DNA of 64,000 nt from Minisyncoccia bacterium (GCA_041752275.1 JBGSHK010000008.1:2641-66640), one strand, 5' to 3'. Counted from the first letter of the stretch, positions 9,943 through 20,734 are shown. The notes: generated from the sequence alone by a model not told the origin. Numbers and translations are program-made.

Positions 9943-10623
9943 ATGCAAGGAAAACTTTATATAGTAGCAACTCCAATAGGAAACAAAGACGATATAACAA
10001 TTCGCGCCATTTCAACATTGAAAGAAGTTGATGTTATAGCCGCGGAGGACACTCGTGTTATAGGAAAACTTTTATCTTTACTTTCTATACCAAAAAAACA
10101 CATAGTATCTATAAACGAGTTTGCCACAGAAGAAAATCTTGCCTATATATATAGTTTTTTGACAGAAGGTAAAAATGTTGCTTATGTATCAGATGCAGGA
10201 ACTCCTGGTATATCTGATCCGGGTGCTGTTTTAGTATCATATTGTCGTCAAAAAGATATAGAGATAGTACCTATACCGGGTGCATCAGCCATATCAACGG
10301 CCATGTCAGTTTCAGGTATAAGAGAGACACCTTTCTTGTTTTATGGTTTTTTACCACACAAAAATGGACGTAAAAAGATTTTGACAGAACTATTTGCTTT
10401 AAACAAAAACATTATTTTATACGAATCAGTACATCGTTTCACTAAACTCTTGGATGATATTTTAAACACAAACAAAGATCAAGAAATATTTGTTGCCAGA
10501 GAACTTACAAAAATGTATGAAGATATAAAGTTCGATACTGTAGAAAATATTAAAAAATATTATGAAGAAAACAAAACAAAACTTAAGGGTGAATTTGTTG
10601 TAATTATTAAAAATAACAAATAA
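9943..10623 (+). CDS. rsmI: 16S rRNA 2'-O-ribose C1402 methyltransferase RsmI
   Basis: GKLYIVATPIGN...AAEDTR tetrapyrrole-methylase-fold N-terminus. The ATG at ~9943 is preferred over the upstream alternative start at 9898. Confidence 0.8.
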   Translation: MQGKLYIVATPIGNKDDITIRAISTLKEVDVIAAEDTRVIGKLLSLLSIPKKHIVSINEFATEENLAYIYSFLTEGKNVAYVSDAGTPGISDPGAVLVSYCRQKDIEIVPIPGASAISTAMSVSGIRETPFLFYGFLPHKNGRKKILTELFALNKNIILYESVHRFTKLLDDILNTNKDQEIFVARELTKMYEDIKFDTVENIKKYYEENKTKLKGEFVVIIKNNK

Positions 10624-10631
10624 ATAACAAT

Positions 10632-11300
10632 ATGATATCCCAATATGTAGATTTATTTATAAATTATTTGACCGCACATTCTGATTTTTTATCTGTTTAT
10701 TTTCCTATAATAGTATTTTTCTCAGCTCTGGCCGAGGCTATACCTGCTTTAGGGGCGCTTACTCCAGGAACCACTTTTTTACTATTTTTTGGTTTTATGA
10801 GTTCTATTTTAAAAACAAATATTTCTCTTATTATATTTGCAGCATTTGTCGGCTCTATTATTGGTGATGTTGCCGGTTTCTTTCTTGGAAAATATGGCTC
10901 CAATTTTTTGTTGAGACATAAAAAACTTTTAAAGATTTCTCATATAGAAGAAGGTAGAAAGTTTTTTTCAAACCATGGTTTTAAAAGTATTTTTTTAGGA
11001 AAATTTATAGGACCGATTAGATCTATATTGCCATTGATAGCCGGAAGTATAAACTTAAAGTTTTCAACATTTATGTTTTATAATATTCTTGCATCATTTA
11101 CATGGGTAAGTTTATATATCATTATAGGTTATTATTTTGGAAATAATTTCAGAACAATAGAAAAATACATATCAAATATAGGTATAATATTAACAATATT
11201 GGTTACATTGTATTTGATTTATCATTTCCACAAAAAAAATAAAGATAAAAATAAAGATAACGGTAAAAATAAAAATTATGAGAATCAGCAAACCATTTAA
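10632..11300 (+). CDS. DedA/SNARE-associated family membrane protein
   Basis: Multi-TM protein with DedA-like N-terminal blocks and a basic C-terminal tail. Confidence 0.6.
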   Translation: MISQYVDLFINYLTAHSDFLSVYFPIIVFFSALAEAIPALGALTPGTTFLLFFGFMSSILKTNISLIIFAAFVGSIIGDVAGFFLGKYGSNFLLRHKKLLKISHIEEGRKFFSNHGFKSIFLGKFIGPIRSILPLIAGSINLKFSTFMFYNILASFTWVSLYIIIGYYFGNNFRTIEKYISNIGIILTILVTLYLIYHFHKKNKDKNKDNGKNKNYENQQTI

Positions 11301-13317
11301 TCTTAAACATGCGCATAAACCACTCGGTGATCAACCGACTGCCATAGAGTCTTTGGTTCGCGGTGTAAAAAAAGGACTTAAACATCAGACATTACTAGGG
11401 GCCACAGGTACTGGTAAAACTTTTACTATAGCGAACGTGATACAACAAATACAAAAACCAACACTTGTTATTGCTCACAACAAAACTTTAGCTGCTCAGC
11501 TGGCTCAAGAGTTTAAGGAATTTTTCCCGGACAATGAAGTTCATTATTTTGTATCATATTATGACTATTATCAACCAGAAGCATATGTATCACATAGTGA
11601 CACATATATAGAAAAAGAGGCTCAGATAAACGAGGAGATAGACCGTCTTCGCCATGCGTCTACCCAAGCTTTACTTACACGAACCGATGTGATTATAGTC
11701 TCGTCAGTATCATGTATTTACGGTTTAGGTTCTCAAAAAGAATATGAAGAGACTAACTTCATCATAAGAAAGGGTGAGGTGTTAGATAGGAATGAGATTT
11801 CAAAAAGATTGATACAAATGCAATTTTCTCGTACACTAGCCGACTTGGGTCAAGGCCAGTTTCGTATTATAGGGAACAACATAGAAATCATGCCTATACA
11901 TGAAAGAACCGTGTATAGACTTATTTTTGATATGAACAAAATAGGTCGTATAGAAAAAATAGATCATATAACTCGTGTGATTATTGATGGAGACATGGAG
12001 TCTGTATTTATTTTTCCAGCAAAACACTTTATGACTTCAGACAGTGAAAGACTTAGGGCTATAGAAGATATAAAAAAGGAGTTGGACGCAAGACTGAAAG
12101 AGTTGAAAGGTGAAAATAAAGAAGTCGAGTATCAAAGATTGAAAAGAAGGACAACTTATGACCTAGCATTGATACGTGAGGTTGGATATTGCAACGGTAT
12201 AGAAAACTACTCTCGACACTTTGCTGGTAAAAAAGTAGGTGAAGCGCCAGACACATTGTTATCATATTTTCCTGATGGTTTTTTAACGGTTATAGATGAA
12301 TCTCATGTAACTATTCCACAGATTGGTGGTATGTATGCAGGGGATGCATCACGAAAGAAAAATCTCATAGACTTTGGATTTAGATTACCGTCAGCTGCAG
12401 ATAACCGACCCCTTAAGTTTGAAGAGTTTAAGGAGAAAATAGATCAAGCTATATATGTGTCAGCAACTCCGGGAAAATATGAATACGAAACCTGTGAAGA
12501 GAAAAACATAATACAACAAATCATACGTCCAACAGGTCTTATTGATCCAGTACTTGAGGTTAAACCAGTAACTTCAAACGATACCTATAAAGGTCAAATA
12601 TATAATTTTATAGAAGAAGTTCAAAGAGTTGTCTCAAAAGGTGAAAGAGTTTTGGCTACGACATTAACAAAACGTATGGCAGAGGATTTATCAGAATTTT
12701 TAAAAGAGAAGGGGATAAAGACAAAGTATCTTCACAGTGACATAGAAACACTTGAAAGAATACAGATACTGACAGAACTTCGTAAGGGTGAGTTCGATGT
12801 TTTGGTTGGTGTTAACTTGCTTCGTGAAGGACTTGATCTTCCTGAAGTTTCACTTATCGGTATACTTGATGCAGACAAAGAAGGGTTCCTCCGATCACGC
12901 ACAGCACTTGTGCAAACTATAGGTCGTGCCGCTAGAAATGTTAACGGTAGAGTTATACTTTACGCTGATCACATGACTGATTCTTTAGAGTATGCGATCA
13001 ACGAGACAAACAGAAGAAGGGCTATACAAGAAGCTTATAATAAAAAACATAATATAACTCCAACAAGTATAAAGAAAAGCATTCATGATATAACAGCATC
13101 GATACAGTCAAGTCATGAAAAAACTGTGAAGCGTATGTTGTCTCTTGACATAGATCTTGACAATGTTAAGAATATAAAGAAAAAAGATATAAAAATCATA
13201 CTAAAAAGGAAAGAGAGAGATATGGAAATTGCGGTCCAGGATTTGGATTTTGAGACTGCAGCAATACTGCGTGATGAGATAAAGGCAATAGGGAAAATGG
13301 TTGAGGATAAGGCGTAG
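11278..13317 (+). CDS. uvrB: excinuclease ABC subunit B
   Basis: HKPLGDQPTAI...GATGTGKTFT helicase motif I; 679 aa. Confidence 0.9.
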   Translation: MRISKPFNLKHAHKPLGDQPTAIESLVRGVKKGLKHQTLLGATGTGKTFTIANVIQQIQKPTLVIAHNKTLAAQLAQEFKEFFPDNEVHYFVSYYDYYQPEAYVSHSDTYIEKEAQINEEIDRLRHASTQALLTRTDVIIVSSVSCIYGLGSQKEYEETNFIIRKGEVLDRNEISKRLIQMQFSRTLADLGQGQFRIIGNNIEIMPIHERTVYRLIFDMNKIGRIEKIDHITRVIIDGDMESVFIFPAKHFMTSDSERLRAIEDIKKELDARLKELKGENKEVEYQRLKRRTTYDLALIREVGYCNGIENYSRHFAGKKVGEAPDTLLSYFPDGFLTVIDESHVTIPQIGGMYAGDASRKKNLIDFGFRLPSAADNRPLKFEEFKEKIDQAIYVSATPGKYEYETCEEKNIIQQIIRPTGLIDPVLEVKPVTSNDTYKGQIYNFIEEVQRVVSKGERVLATTLTKRMAEDLSEFLKEKGIKTKYLHSDIETLERIQILTELRKGEFDVLVGVNLLREGLDLPEVSLIGILDADKEGFLRSRTALVQTIGRAARNVNGRVILYADHMTDSLEYAINETNRRRAIQEAYNKKHNITPTSIKKSIHDITASIQSSHEKTVKRMLSLDIDLDNVKNIKKKDIKIILKRKERDMEIAVQDLDFETAAILRDEIKAIGKMVEDKA

Positions 13318-13334
13318 ATGTGATATGTTGATCA

Positions 13335-13853
13335 ATGTACGAACCAAATACGAATATGAGCACATTACAACAAGAAGTACCACATATAGTCCTTATTCCT
13401 CGCTTAAGCGCTGATTCAGATGGTCAGGCATTTTCCATAGATATAATGGAAGGTCTATACAGAATGAAATCTAAGACACACAATCTATCTTCTAATAATT
13501 TTGGTTCCTTTTATGATATTTATCTTAGAAATAGTACGGTTCCTGATCAGGAAAAAAATCTGGTAAAATTTATGGAAGTAATGAAAGAATCTTTTTTACG
13601 TCCAAATCTAATAAATCTAGTATCAAATTTCTGTGTGGCAGATTTAGATGAAATAATTAAATTTTTATTGGCAAATAAGCCTGATCTAAGAGTGTTGTTA
13701 TTATTAACCCAAAAACAACATGATATGAATGATGGATTTCAAAATTTAAAGCAAATGTGTCCCGAAAGAGAAAATTTTATTGATACGGTTATACACTATA
13801 GAAGTACGCCTAAGGCTGCAATGACTAGACTTGGGATGATTCAAGGTGATTAA
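13335..13853 (+). CDS. hypothetical protein
   Basis: 172-aa ORF with no recognisable family, followed by a strong terminator. Confidence 0.45.
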   Translation: MYEPNTNMSTLQQEVPHIVLIPRLSADSDGQAFSIDIMEGLYRMKSKTHNLSSNNFGSFYDIYLRNSTVPDQEKNLVKFMEVMKESFLRPNLINLVSNFCVADLDEIIKFLLANKPDLRVLLLLTQKQHDMNDGFQNLKQMCPERENFIDTVIHYRSTPKAAMTRLGMIQGD

Positions 13854-13871
13854 TAATGTTTTACTTTCATC

Positions 13872-13902
13872 AAAGCCCTTAGGTTGACTAAGGGCTTTTT
13901 CT
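13872..13902 (+). terminator. rho-independent terminator
   Basis: aagcccttaggttgactaagggctt followed by ttttt. Confidence 0.65.
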
Positions 13903-13983
13903 TATGTATTATATAGTCTTGGATTCGGGTGAGTACTCGTTTTCATGATCTATAAATAAAAAATTAAAAACTACATAAACATT

Positions 13984-14670
13984 ATGTGTCATATTGTTAA
14001 TACGCCAAAAGATAACCGTTTTGCAGTCATCATGGACGGCCCAGTTGCTTCCGGTAAAGGAGAACAATCTAGACTAATTGTATCCGCTATGGGAGGTGTT
14101 CACATCTCCACAGGTGATATTGCTCGTCAAAAGCGTGAGACATGCTCTGAGTTTGCGGATAAATATGGTCACCTTCTAGATTCTGGAAAGTATCTTCCAG
14201 ACAATATCGTCTTTGGGTTAATACGGGAATTCATTCCTAAGATTGCTGACAAAAAAGGTGTTATCATTGGTGACGGTTTGATTCGTACCCGACCTCAAGC
14301 TGCTAACTTAGGTACTATATTTGCAAAGCCTGCACTTATGTGTGGCTACAGCATTATTATACCAGAAGAAGTTGCTTTGATTCGTGCTAAAAAAAGATTT
14401 GAAAAACAAGGTCGCCCAGATGATTATAATGAAAAAACTATTTTAACTCGTTATAGAAACTGGGAGAGAAACAAAGAGAGGGTTCATAAAAAACTTCGAT
14501 CACAAGGTTTACGCCTTATTGAAGTTGATGGTAACAAATCTATAGAAGAGGTAAATCAAACAATCTATCACCATCTCGAAATTCACCTAAATCGTCAAAA
14601 ACAAGAGTGGGAAGATAGCAGGTCGTTTGCTCAACCCAAACGTCGTCGTCAACCTATAATTCGCGCATAA
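13984..14670 (+). CDS. divergent adenylate-kinase-family nucleoside monophosphate kinase
   Basis: P-loop GPVASGKG, ISTGDIAR, LLDSGKYLPD and IIGDGLIRTRPQA blocks match the Adk fold. Short LID region and an atypical basic tail (KRRRQPIIRA). Confidence 0.65.
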   Translation: MCHIVNTPKDNRFAVIMDGPVASGKGEQSRLIVSAMGGVHISTGDIARQKRETCSEFADKYGHLLDSGKYLPDNIVFGLIREFIPKIADKKGVIIGDGLIRTRPQAANLGTIFAKPALMCGYSIIIPEEVALIRAKKRFEKQGRPDDYNEKTILTRYRNWERNKERVHKKLRSQGLRLIEVDGNKSIEEVNQTIYHHLEIHLNRQKQEWEDSRSFAQPKRRRQPIIRA

Positions 14671-14689
14671 TTCAGAAAAAACCAAAACT

Positions 14690-14728
14690 AGACCGCCCAC
14701 CCTCACCCAGGGTCGGCGGTCATTTTTC
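14690..14728 (+). terminator. rho-independent terminator
   Basis: gaccgcccaccctcacccagggtcggcggtc followed by atttttc. Confidence 0.6.
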
Positions 14729-14788
14729 TTATATATTCCTCAATCTTTCTATCGTTCATTTTGTTTCAATTTATGATATATTTATCAC

Positions 14789-17431
14789 ATGAAAACTCCC
14801 TCGAAGAAGACCAAAACTGGACCCGACCTAGACATGATCCACGTCAAAGGTGCACGAACACACAACCTCAAGAACATTGATGTGTCTATTCCCCGTGGTC
14901 AAATGACTGTTATCTCAGGACTCTCAGGTTCAGGAAAGTCTTCACTTGCTTTTGACACCATATTTGCAGAAGGGCAAAGAAGATATATGGAATCACTGTC
15001 ATCGTACGCGAGACAATTTTTAAAACAAATGCAAAAGCCAGATGTTGATGAGATCACAGGTTTGTCCCCTGCGATATCGATCGATCAAAAATCAAGATCA
15101 AACAATCCCCGTTCAACTGTCGCAACTATAACTGAGATATATGATTATCTTCGTATACTTTATGCACGTATAGGAAAACCACATTGTTTAACATGTGATA
15201 GAGAGATCAAGAGACTTTCGAAAGAAGAGATAGTGGATACAATACACAACATAGTGAAGTCTATAAAAAAGACAGAACTCAAAGGAAAAAAAGAAATCAT
15301 GGGAGTTCATGTTGATTCTGAAATTTTTAAAATATATGCACCTGTTGTTATTGGACGTAAAGGTGAATATTATCAAATGCTTTATGACTATCTAGGTAAG
15401 GGTTTTGAAGAGGTTCGTATAGACGGAAAGCAACATAAACTTCGTGAAAAGATAGAGTTAACAAAAACAAAAAAACATAACATCGACATATTGATCGACC
15501 AGTTTTACATATCAGAGATAAACGAGCCGTCACAAAGTTTTAAAGAAAGACTGAACGATGCTATAGAGCGTGCACTTCGAGAAACTGATGGCTTGTTACG
15601 TATATACACAGACAAAGAAGAACATCTTATATCTTCAAAGTTCATGTGCCCTTATGATGGTTTTTCATTTCCTGAGATCGAGCCCCGCATCTTTTCTTTC
15701 AACTCTCCATACGGAGCATGTCCAGAATGTAACGGTTTAGGAACAGATAGTTTTTATGTAAATAGGGTTTGTAAGGTCTGCCAAGGTGCAAGACTTCGTC
15801 CTGAGGCTTTAAAAGTCTACTTGGATAAAAAAACAAATATCATAGATTTTGTTAACCTAACTATAAACGAAGCTATAGACTATGTTTTGTCACTGGACTT
15901 GTCACCAACAGACAAAGCAATATCAACGGTGATGATAAAAGAGATATTGTCTCGTCTTGAGTTTATGCAAGAGGTTGGTTTAGATTATCTTCAGTTGAAC
16001 CGTCGCGCTCACACGCTCTCTGGTGGCGAATCACAACGTATACGCTTAGCATCACAACTTGGATCTGGTCTTGTAGGAGCGTTGTATGTACTCGATGAAC
16101 CGACTATAGGATTACATCAAAGAGACAATGATAAACTTATTAAAACTTTGATACAGCTTAAAGATATGGGTAATACTGTGATAGTTGTAGAGCATGATGA
16201 AGACACTATTCTCGCATCTGATTATCTTATAGACATAGGTCCAAGGGCTGGTAAGGATGGTGGAAATGTAGTTGTTCAAGGTTATCTTGAAAATCTTTTA
16301 CGAGATCCAATCAAATCACTTCCAATAAATAAAAAACATGCTGATCCAGATTCATTTACAGGTTCACTTACACTAGACTATCTTCGCGGTGCACATGAAG
16401 TTGAGGTTCCAAAAAACCGCAGAGTACAAGACAAAGGTTTTATAAAAATAGCCGGAGGAAAAGCCAACAATATAAAAAACCTAAACGTAGAGTTACCTCT
16501 TGGGCGTCTTGTAACAGTTACAGGTGTATCAGGTTCAGGAAAATCAACTTTTGTTCATGAAATATTGTATAAAAACTTACTTGGAAAACTTGATCGTGAA
16601 CATAGAACAAGTCAGCTAGCTAACTGTACAACTTTTACAGGAACAGATTATGTTGGACGAACTATCATGATAGACCAGTCTCCGATTGGTAGAACGCCTC
16701 GTTCAAACCCTGCGACTTATACAGGAGCCTTTACACATATCAGAGATTTATTTGCTGAAACCATAGAGGCAAAGTCAAGAGCTTGGGGACCTGGCCGTTT
16801 TTCTTTCAATGTAAAAGGTGGTCGCTGTGAAAATTGCCAAGGAAATGGATCTATAGAAGTTGAGATGCATTTTCTACCAACAGTGTACGTTCAATGTGAT
16901 GTGTGTAATGGAAAAAGATTTATGAAAGAGACTTTGGAAATATTGTATAAAAATAAAAACATACATGACGTGCTTACTATGACAGTAGATGATGCAGTTT
17001 TGTTTTTTGAGGAAATGCCTGCCATATATGACAGAGTAAAAACTTTGCAAGAAGTAGGGCTTGGATATCTTGAGTTAGGTCAATCCGCAACAACGCTTTC
17101 AGGAGGGGAAGCACAACGTGTAAAGATAGCCTCAGAGTTATATAAACCACATGTACAAAAAACTATATATATACTTGATGAGCCCACTGTTGGTTTGCAT
17201 TATCATGATGTAAGAAAACTTATAGAAATACTTCAAAGGCTTGTTCAAGCAGGTAATACGGTTGTGGTTATAGAACACAACATGGACTTGATCAAATGTT
17301 CAGATTATCTTATAGACATAGGTCCTGAAGGAGGGGATAAGGGTGGAAATATAGTTGCAAAAGGTACTCCTGAGGAGGTTGCAAACAACAAAAACAGTCA
17401 TACTGGACATTATCTTAAAAAAGTACTATAA
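14789..17431 (+). CDS. uvrA: excinuclease ABC subunit A
   Basis: 880 aa with two ABC ATPase modules (GLSGSGKSS; GVSGSGKST) and Zn-finger CxxC pairs. Confidence 0.92.
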   Translation: MKTPSKKTKTGPDLDMIHVKGARTHNLKNIDVSIPRGQMTVISGLSGSGKSSLAFDTIFAEGQRRYMESLSSYARQFLKQMQKPDVDEITGLSPAISIDQKSRSNNPRSTVATITEIYDYLRILYARIGKPHCLTCDREIKRLSKEEIVDTIHNIVKSIKKTELKGKKEIMGVHVDSEIFKIYAPVVIGRKGEYYQMLYDYLGKGFEEVRIDGKQHKLREKIELTKTKKHNIDILIDQFYISEINEPSQSFKERLNDAIERALRETDGLLRIYTDKEEHLISSKFMCPYDGFSFPEIEPRIFSFNSPYGACPECNGLGTDSFYVNRVCKVCQGARLRPEALKVYLDKKTNIIDFVNLTINEAIDYVLSLDLSPTDKAISTVMIKEILSRLEFMQEVGLDYLQLNRRAHTLSGGESQRIRLASQLGSGLVGALYVLDEPTIGLHQRDNDKLIKTLIQLKDMGNTVIVVEHDEDTILASDYLIDIGPRAGKDGGNVVVQGYLENLLRDPIKSLPINKKHADPDSFTGSLTLDYLRGAHEVEVPKNRRVQDKGFIKIAGGKANNIKNLNVELPLGRLVTVTGVSGSGKSTFVHEILYKNLLGKLDREHRTSQLANCTTFTGTDYVGRTIMIDQSPIGRTPRSNPATYTGAFTHIRDLFAETIEAKSRAWGPGRFSFNVKGGRCENCQGNGSIEVEMHFLPTVYVQCDVCNGKRFMKETLEILYKNKNIHDVLTMTVDDAVLFFEEMPAIYDRVKTLQEVGLGYLELGQSATTLSGGEAQRVKIASELYKPHVQKTIYILDEPTVGLHYHDVRKLIEILQRLVQAGNTVVVIEHNMDLIKCSDYLIDIGPEGGDKGGNIVAKGTPEEVANNKNSHTGHYLKKVL

Positions 17432-17440
17432 TAAGAACAT

Positions 17441-18181
17441 ATGAGTATAGGATCTCAAAAACATCATAATATAGAATATATACAAATTGCTTTACAATTT
17501 GTGATCGGTCTTGTCGTTCTATCAATATTAAAAATATTTTTTAATTTTAAAGTAGAAGGTGTTGAAAATGTTGTTAAAAAATCAAAAGAGTATAAAGATC
17601 TTGAAAAGGGTTTATTGTTTGCACCAAATCATATTAGTGAATACGATGTACTGATCATGAGATATGCTTTGCCATTAATCATGCCATTGATGCCTATGTA
17701 TTATGTTTCTTTAACAAAAGAGCATTATCAGAATGAAAGATTTGGTTGGAGACAGTATTTTTATGGTGGAAAATTTTTCAAAATACTAGGTGCATATCCT
17801 GCTTATAAAGGTATACGCGATTATCAAGCTTCACTTATAAATCATATAGAACTTTTGGAAAATGGAAAAGCATTGTGTATTTTCCCTGAAGGAAAAATGG
17901 GTATGGAAACTTTTAAACCTGGAGAAGTAAAGGGTGGTATAGGGTTTTTGGCTGAGCATACAAGTACTGATATTGTACCAGTACAGCTAAAGGGTTTAAG
18001 AAATATAAATTGGCTTAAAGTATTTTTTACATTTTCAAGACCTACAATAGAGGTAAAGTATAAAGAAATTGTTTTTATAGATAAAGTTTTAGAAAGTTTG
18101 AAAAATGATGAAAATTATAAAGATGATATAGTTAGATATAAAAAAATTGCAAATATTGTTATGGATAAAGTTTGGGAATAG
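17441..18181 (+). CDS. plsC: 1-acyl-sn-glycerol-3-phosphate acyltransferase family protein
   Basis: NHISEYD (HX4D) and FPEG acyltransferase motifs. Confidence 0.7.
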   Translation: MSIGSQKHHNIEYIQIALQFVIGLVVLSILKIFFNFKVEGVENVVKKSKEYKDLEKGLLFAPNHISEYDVLIMRYALPLIMPLMPMYYVSLTKEHYQNERFGWRQYFYGGKFFKILGAYPAYKGIRDYQASLINHIELLENGKALCIFPEGKMGMETFKPGEVKGGIGFLAEHTSTDIVPVQLKGLRNINWLKVFFTFSRPTIEVKYKEIVFIDKVLESLKNDENYKDDIVRYKKIANIVMDKVWE

Positions 18182-18203
18182 TTTGTGATATAATAAATTT
18201 ATT

Positions 18204-19298
18204 ATGAAATTCGAGGGAAAAGAGATGGAAATAAGACCGTTGGATAATCTTTATACTAGAAAAGAAACTCAGGATATGGGTGATTTGGAGTTTATAGGAT
18301 ATCATGATTTGTTTACTGAGTTGTATGAGAAGGTTGATAGTGCAAAAAACATTTCTGAAAGGGAGGAAAGTGTTGAGAGGTTGCAAGTTCTTGCAAAAAA
18401 CATTCTTTCAGAAAATGAAAACCTTTCTTTGCATATATATGATTCTATAAGTAGAAAAAAAGATTTAAGAGAGGATGTTTTAAATTTTTTAAAGGAGGTT
18501 GATAACAGACAAGTTGAATTATTTTTAAAATTAAAAGAAAAAGTTTTAGAGTTTAGAGGTGAATTTAAAAAAGATATTGAAGTTTTTTTACAAAACTTGG
18601 GGGAGGAAAAATATGATTTGAAAAAAGTTGATGATTTGATTGAGGGTGTTGATGTCAGATTTTATTCTGTTGATATAGAAAATCCAACAAAAACTATGGC
18701 ATACAATCACTCCACTCATTTCGTTTTATTTTATTTAGAAAATTATTTTAATAATGTTGATAATTTCAAAATTACCTTTTACCATGAGTTTTTACATGTC
18801 TTGACTAATGACTATGAAAATATTATTTCATATAAAAATAAAAGTAACAATATTTCAAATAAAGGTAATCAGTCTTCAGGTGTTATGTTTTCTGGATTAT
18901 CTAATCATAGATTTATTTGGCTAAACGAAGCGGTGACAGAGTCCCTGACCATAAAGCTTAACAATGCTGAAAATAGTAAATCATATAATAAAGAAAGAAA
19001 GTTATTAGACTTATTAAATCAAAAGAAAAAACCTGAAACAAAACTGGATTTTAACCTCTTAACAAAAATATATTTTAGACATTTAAAAATAAGACAGGAT
19101 GACAAAACTACTGCAATAGACGAATGGAGGGAGTTTTCTAAAGAAGTTGATCTGGCATTTGGACCGAAATTTCTTGTTAAACTCGATCTTTTTATAGAAA
19201 AAAACGGTATAAAAAAAGCACTTGAAATTATAACTTCTTGGCCTGACGGAGAGCCGAACATCGATGATTTAAAAACAGATATTACAGGTAAAGATTAA
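18204..19298 (+). CDS. hypothetical protein with an HEXXH (HEFLH) motif
   Basis: 364-aa ORF. The only recognisable feature is YHEFLHVL; no signal peptide. Confidence 0.4.
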   Translation: MKFEGKEMEIRPLDNLYTRKETQDMGDLEFIGYHDLFTELYEKVDSAKNISEREESVERLQVLAKNILSENENLSLHIYDSISRKKDLREDVLNFLKEVDNRQVELFLKLKEKVLEFRGEFKKDIEVFLQNLGEEKYDLKKVDDLIEGVDVRFYSVDIENPTKTMAYNHSTHFVLFYLENYFNNVDNFKITFYHEFLHVLTNDYENIISYKNKSNNISNKGNQSSGVMFSGLSNHRFIWLNEAVTESLTIKLNNAENSKSYNKERKLLDLLNQKKKPETKLDFNLLTKIYFRHLKIRQDDKTTAIDEWREFSKEVDLAFGPKFLVKLDLFIEKNGIKKALEIITSWPDGEPNIDDLKTDITGKD

Positions 19299-19328
19299 AT
19301 ATAGGTCAATGGTGATATTTTTTTTACT

Positions 19329-19964
19329 ATGACTTATAATGTATTACCCATGTCTTATGTATTCTTTGATTTAGATAAAACTCTTATTACTAAAAATAGC
19401 TATGAAATAGTACTCAACGTTTTAAGACGAAGGAGAATTATTTCTGTATCTAGATTTTTTTATTATAAATTCATTTTACTTTTTATCAAAAATATAGATA
19501 AGAAAATGAATCATTTGGCTAGAGTTTTTGATGGTGTAAAAACTGATAGACTTGATAAAATAATAAAAGCTTTTATCTTTACAGAGTTTGATGCTATTAA
19601 AAATATAAAAGCTGTAGAAGAGCTTGAAAAACATAATACTCATAATAAAAAAGTTGTACTTGTAACCACTTCTTTTGAACCTATAGCAAAACATGCAGCT
19701 AAGTTTTTTCATATACATGATTATGTAGCAACAAAACTTGAGATTAAGAATGGAAAGTATACAGGAAAAATATTAGGTAAAATTAATTATAAAGATGAAA
19801 AGGTAAACAGACTTAATAAATATAACTTTGAAGGGTCTTTTGCATATAGTGATCACAACTCAGATATACCACTTTTAAAAAAGGCAACATATAGATATGC
19901 TGTAAATCCAAACAAAAGATTGAAGAGATATGCTAAAAATCATGGTTGGTTTATACTTCATTAA
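19329..19964 (+). CDS. HAD-superfamily hydrolase (subfamily IB-like)
   Basis: N-terminal FFDLDKTL motif I and a downstream K...(D/S)D pattern. Confidence 0.65.
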   Translation: MTYNVLPMSYVFFDLDKTLITKNSYEIVLNVLRRRRIISVSRFFYYKFILLFIKNIDKKMNHLARVFDGVKTDRLDKIIKAFIFTEFDAIKNIKAVEELEKHNTHNKKVVLVTTSFEPIAKHAAKFFHIHDYVATKLEIKNGKYTGKILGKINYKDEKVNRLNKYNFEGSFAYSDHNSDIPLLKKATYRYAVNPNKRLKRYAKNHGWFILH

Positions 19965-19968
19965 TTTA

Positions 19969-20040
19969 CTCATTTCAATCATGGTCCTCAGACTATTTTT
20001 CTTTGAAAATAGTCTTGCCGATGATCTCATTCGTAAATTA
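19969..20040 (+). repeat. copy B of the conserved intergenic module
   Basis: ctcatttcaatcatggtcctca - hairpin (agactatttttctttgaaaatagtct) - ttgccgatgatctcattcgtaaat. Confidence 0.7.
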
Positions 20041-20096
20041 ATCAAGAGATATTTAAGTATTGCCATTTTACCAAAAAAAGCATATAGTATATACCT

Positions 20097-20672
20097 ATGG
20101 CAATGCTAGAATACAACGAAATCGTTACAAGAAAAACAATTATACATGATGATGAACCGTATGAGGTACTGGACTATCATGTTTTCCGTAAACAAATGCG
20201 TAAACCAGTAAACGCTGTTAAGATAAGAAACTTACTCTCAGGACGTACTATTGAGGTTTCTTTTCAAGCAACTGATAAAGTAGAAGAAGCTGAAATAGAG
20301 ATGAAAAAAGTTAAGTATCTTTTTAACAACAAAGGGGAGTGGTGGTTTTGTGATGAAAAAAATGCATCAAACAGATTTATACTAAAAGATGAACTACTAG
20401 GTGATGCTAAAAAATACATCCTTGCAAATGATATTTTAGATATAAAATATTTTGGAGAGATTCCTATTGGAGTTAAACTTCCCATTAAAGTTAGTTTGGA
20501 AGTTACCGAAGCTCCACCTGCAGTAAGGGGTGATACGGCTAAAGGAGGAAATAAGTTGGTCACTCTATCTACCGGAACAACTATACTTGCACCTATGTTT
20601 ATAGAGCCCGGAGATATACTTACTATAAACACTGAGACAGGAGAGTATGTAGAAAGATCGTCTAAGAAATAA
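20097..20672 (+). CDS. efp: elongation factor P
   Basis: 191 aa; KPGKG-region analogue and OB-fold blocks; N-terminus aligns with EF-P. Confidence 0.85.
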   Translation: MAMLEYNEIVTRKTIIHDDEPYEVLDYHVFRKQMRKPVNAVKIRNLLSGRTIEVSFQATDKVEEAEIEMKKVKYLFNNKGEWWFCDEKNASNRFILKDELLGDAKKYILANDILDIKYFGEIPIGVKLPIKVSLEVTEAPPAVRGDTAKGGNKLVTLSTGTTILAPMFIEPGDILTINTETGEYVERSSKK

Positions 20673-20693
20673 AAAAGTTTTAATAAAAAAATA

Positions 20694-20720
20694 CACCGGC
20701 CGAGGCCGGGTTTTTGTTTG
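20694..20720 (+). terminator. bidirectional rho-independent terminator
   Basis: ccggccgaggccgg followed by gtttttg. Confidence 0.6.
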
Positions 20721-20734
20721 TTTGATTAAATTTT

